From Candidatus Hadarchaeales archaeon (GTDB lineage: Archaea; Hadarchaeota; Hadarchaeia; Hadarchaeales; Hadarchaeaceae), in NCBI GenBank assembly GCA_038872135.1, contig JAVZGN010000013.1, positions 1-27,965 of the forward strand: a stretch of 27,965 nt of DNA, written 5' to 3'. How positions within the stretch are numbered: position 1 is the stretch's first letter; each line of letters begins with the position of its first letter. The position numbers and the translations under genes are program-made. Positions 25,512 through 27,965 of this stretch are shown here, one piece after another. Below the pieces are notes generated by a model. That model saw only the letters and a program-made list of their open reading frames with translations. It did no database searches and had not been told where the DNA came from.

Positions 25512-27479
25512 TCACCCCTCCACTCTTATAGCCCCAAATGGGCAGACCTGGGCACACATCCCGCACCCGATACATAGGATTGGATCCAACCCTGCCTTTC
25601 TCTCCTTTTCATCGAAAGTTATCGCAGGACACCCAAAGCTAACGCACATCTTACATCCCGTACATTTGTCTCTGTCGAAAACCATCCTTTTCGGGGACCA
25701 CTTCTTCTCCCTCTGCGCCTGAAGAGCGCAAAGTCTGCTTGTGATGACGATGGCAAAACCCCCTGATTTAATGGCTTCCTCTATCGCCTCTTGCGTCCCC
25801 TTCAAATCATAAGCATCGGTCTTCTTCACCCATTCAACCCCGCAGGCTCTCGCAATCTCCTCTATGCTCAGGCATTTAGCCGGCTCCCCTGTAGCTGTAA
25901 CCCCTGTGCCAGGATCAGGTTGGTGTCCAGTCATGGCTGTCCAAGAGTTGTCTAAAACTAGAAAAACACCCTTAGCTTTGTTGTAAACTGCATTTATCAC
26001 TGCGGGGATGCATGCGTGGAAGAAGGTTGAATCTCCGGCTACAGCTACAATCGCCCCATCCTTGTACCCTGCGTGGAACTGCCCCTGCATTAACCCCACC
26101 CCTCCTCCCATGATGTAGTTGGTGTCCAATGTTTCATATGGAGCTTCTATTGGATAACGAACTGACTCTGTGGAAAAGCTCGGCTTGTACTCCTTCCCGG
26201 CAATTCCATAGCCCCCCTGCTCATAGCACCCAATATCTCCGTTAACAATTGGAACATTTCCACCAACTTTCTTCAAGGCCTGCTTCAGTGCCCAGTAGCT
26301 TCCAAGATGCCCGCAACCTGCGCAGAGAGTTGAAGATCTCGGCGCAACGAGCTTTTTCACCTCACTTCTTATGCTTTCCATCTTCTGATCCCTCTTGACC
26401 TCTTTTCCCGCAAGTTTCGAGATGGCTTCAGCGGCGATGTCGATGTTCAGCTCCCCAACCGGCGGCACTGTACCGGTGAGCCTTCCGAGAATCTTGACCT
26501 CTGGAGCAACATCCTTCGCCAGAGCCTTCACCTGATTTTCAACCAGTGGCTCCCCTTCCTCAATCACCAAAACCTTCTTCATTGCCTTCAGAAACTTTCC
26601 CACGAGCTTTGAAGCAATTGGGGTTGGAGCAGCCAGCTTCAGGAAGGCCACCTTTTTCTCAAGCCCAAGCATCCTGATGGCGTCCTTTGCATAACTCGCC
26701 CCTATCCCGGTGGCTATCACTCCTAGCGTTTGGTTCTTCTTCAGCGCCACCTCATTCCACGGAAGGTTCTCCACGATCTCCCTGATTTTTGGCATCTGGT
26801 TGTGTAGCCACCTGTGCTTTTCAACGGCCCCTGGCGGCCCGTAGACATCCCACCTCCATCCCATCTTCCAGTGTTTGTCGAAAACCGGCTTTCTCTCCAC
26901 CTTTTCTATTTTCCCGAGCTCAACATCCCCCGAGGCGTGGGAAATCCTTGTCACTGACCTCAGGAAGACTGGGAGCTCCAGCTTCTCGGAGAGTTCAAAC
27001 GCCATCTTGCACATGTCCTTCGCCTCCTGGGCATCCGCTGGTTCTAGGCAGAGGATCTCGGCATAGTTTGCGGCAATCCTAGTGTCCTGCTCGTTTGAGG
27101 AGTAGTGGGCGTCTGGGTCATCCGCCACAGCTATCACAAAGCCCCCTCTCACTCCTCCATAAACAAGAGTCATGAACATATCCATCACCCAGTTGAGACC
27201 AGCATTTTTCATTGAGGTGATCGAACGGATGCCTGTGAGGGCGGCGCCGGCAGCAACCTCAAAAGCAACTTTCTCATTGGTTGACCACTCCGCGTGAAAG
27301 CCGAGCTTTGGGGCTGCTAGAGCAAGGGTTTCCAAAATTTCCGAAGCCGGGGTCCCAGGATAGGAAGCTGCCAATCCAACCCCCGCCTCTATCGCCCCCC
27401 TGGCTATCGCCTGGTTTCCCATGAGGAGAACTCTCTTCCCTGGGGCATCCTCAACTATCAAATCACCTATCCCGGCCAA
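25512..27479 (-). CDS. iorA: Indolepyruvate:ferredoxin oxidoreductase subunit alpha (likely start TTG 27479)
   Basis: LLMGNQAIARGA, YPGTPASEI, NEKVAFE, SSNEQD, LCAGC, GDIGCY, GDSTFFH, TAMTGHQP and two C-terminal 4Fe-4S motifs; GAGGTGA RBS before the TTG. Confidence 0.94.
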   Translation of the reverse strand: MAGIGDLIVEDAPGKRVLLMGNQAIARGAIEAGVGLAASYPGTPASEILETLALAAPKLGFHAEWSTNEKVAFEVAAGAALTGIRSITSMKNAGLNWVMDMFMTLVYGGVRGGFVIAVADDPDAHYSSNEQDTRIAANYAEILCLEPADAQEAKDMCKMAFELSEKLELPVFLRSVTRISHASGDVELGKIEKVERKPVFDKHWKMGWRWDVYGPPGAVEKHRWLHNQMPKIREIVENLPWNEVALKKNQTLGVIATGIGASYAKDAIRMLGLEKKVAFLKLAAPTPIASKLVGKFLKAMKKVLVIEEGEPLVENQVKALAKDVAPEVKILGRLTGTVPPVGELNIDIAAEAISKLAGKEVKRDQKMESIRSEVKKLVAPRSSTLCAGCGHLGSYWALKQALKKVGGNVPIVNGDIGCYEQGGYGIAGKEYKPSFSTESVRYPIEAPYETLDTNYIMGGGVGLMQGQFHAGYKDGAIVAVAGDSTFFHACIPAVINAVYNKAKGVFLVLDNSWTAMTGHQPDPGTGVTATGEPAKCLSIEEIARACGVEWVKKTDAYDLKGTQEAIEEAIKSGGFAIVITSRLCALQAQREKKWSPKRMVFDRDKCTGCKMCVSFGCPAITFDEKERKAGLDPILCIGCGMCAQVCPFGAIRVEG

Positions 27480-27532
27480 TCTTTCACCTCTTTTCTCTGA
27501 AACCCTATAGTTTAAAACACTAGTGGAAGGCT

Positions 27533-27965
27533 CAGTACTCCCGCAAGCATTTTTTCCCTCAAATAGAGAATAACATGGCTTAGGACGAGAGGGGAGGTGA
27601 CCCCGCCTAACAGGGGTAGGGGGTGATCTTCCCTTGAACTGTCTCCAGAGGTCTTTCAGGGCAATCGCCAGGAAGAGCATTAGGGCTATCTCAGGTATGT
27701 TTTCTCCAGCCAGGAACTCCATATACGATGTACGCGCTCTTGCCAATGCTGTGGTTAAAATTTGCCTCAACCGAGCCTCGGCTGAACAGAGCACAAGTCC
27801 ATCCCCAGACACCCTTCTGAGACGTCTCAAGCAAATTGGAGAGGACTCATTTTGGCCCATGTTCGAGCGCGAGAGCAGAAAGCTCCTCGGCAGGCTTGGT
27901 CTGCCCAGATGCCCAGTCGTTGCAATCGATTACCGCATTCTCCCCTACTACGGCAAAGAACAGCC
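27533..27965 (+). mobile_element. ISH3/IS4-superfamily insertion sequence, left part (runs off window)
   Basis: Candidate terminus CAGTACTCCCGC at 27533, followed by a transposase ORF. Confidence 0.6.
27634..27965 (+). CDS. DDE transposase (ISH3-like), 3' end outside window; absent from the ORF track
   Basis: GGGGTGA RBS, TTG start, frame open to the window end: ...PSPDTLLRRLKQI...VVAIDYRILPYYGKEQ. Confidence 0.8.
   Translation, partial: MNCLQRSFRAIARKSIRAISGMFSPARNSIYDVRALANAVVKICLNRASAEQSTSPSPDTLLRRLKQIGEDSFWPMFERESRKLLGRLGLPRCPVVAIDYRILPYYGKEQ

Noticed and set aside
27480..27860. 127-aa N-terminal extension of IorA in the ORF track
   Set aside because: Antisense to the IS transposase; a strong RBS + TTG at 27479 marks the likely start

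Overview
This is an archaeal chromosomal segment: it has archaeal RNAP subunits D and F, eRF1, L21e, archaeal ValRS, TATA-like promoters and GGAGG/GGTGA RBSs. An anaerobic, probably thermophilic lineage such as Hadarchaeota is my inference only. Bases 1-19766 are mostly housekeeping and metabolic genes: PfpI, SAH/MTA deaminase, ahcY, eRF1, pyrH, valS, a divergent UPRTase-like gene coupled to an Lrp/AsnC ligand-binding protein, rhomboid, a stand-alone Cas2/PaaX/ChrB-fold gene whose start is frameshifted, AOR, CPBP protease, UPF0148/UPF0147, hxlB, DUF655, rpoF, rpl21e, DUF2877, a two-subunit CoA-transferase, a MazG-like protein, rpoD and tRNA-Leu(GAG). About 4.6 kb of accessory DNA follows the tRNA. 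It holds two tandem, dissimilar wHTH + nucleotidyltransferase (type IV TA/AbiE-like) modules with visible operator-like repeats, a DUF2080 gene with a palindromic operator, and decayed PIN and ATPase fragments. The window ends with iorB/iorA and the start of an ISH3/IS4-type element about 50 bp upstream of iorA. No CRISPR array, rRNA or integrase was seen. All family assignments come from motif recognition by eye, not database searches.
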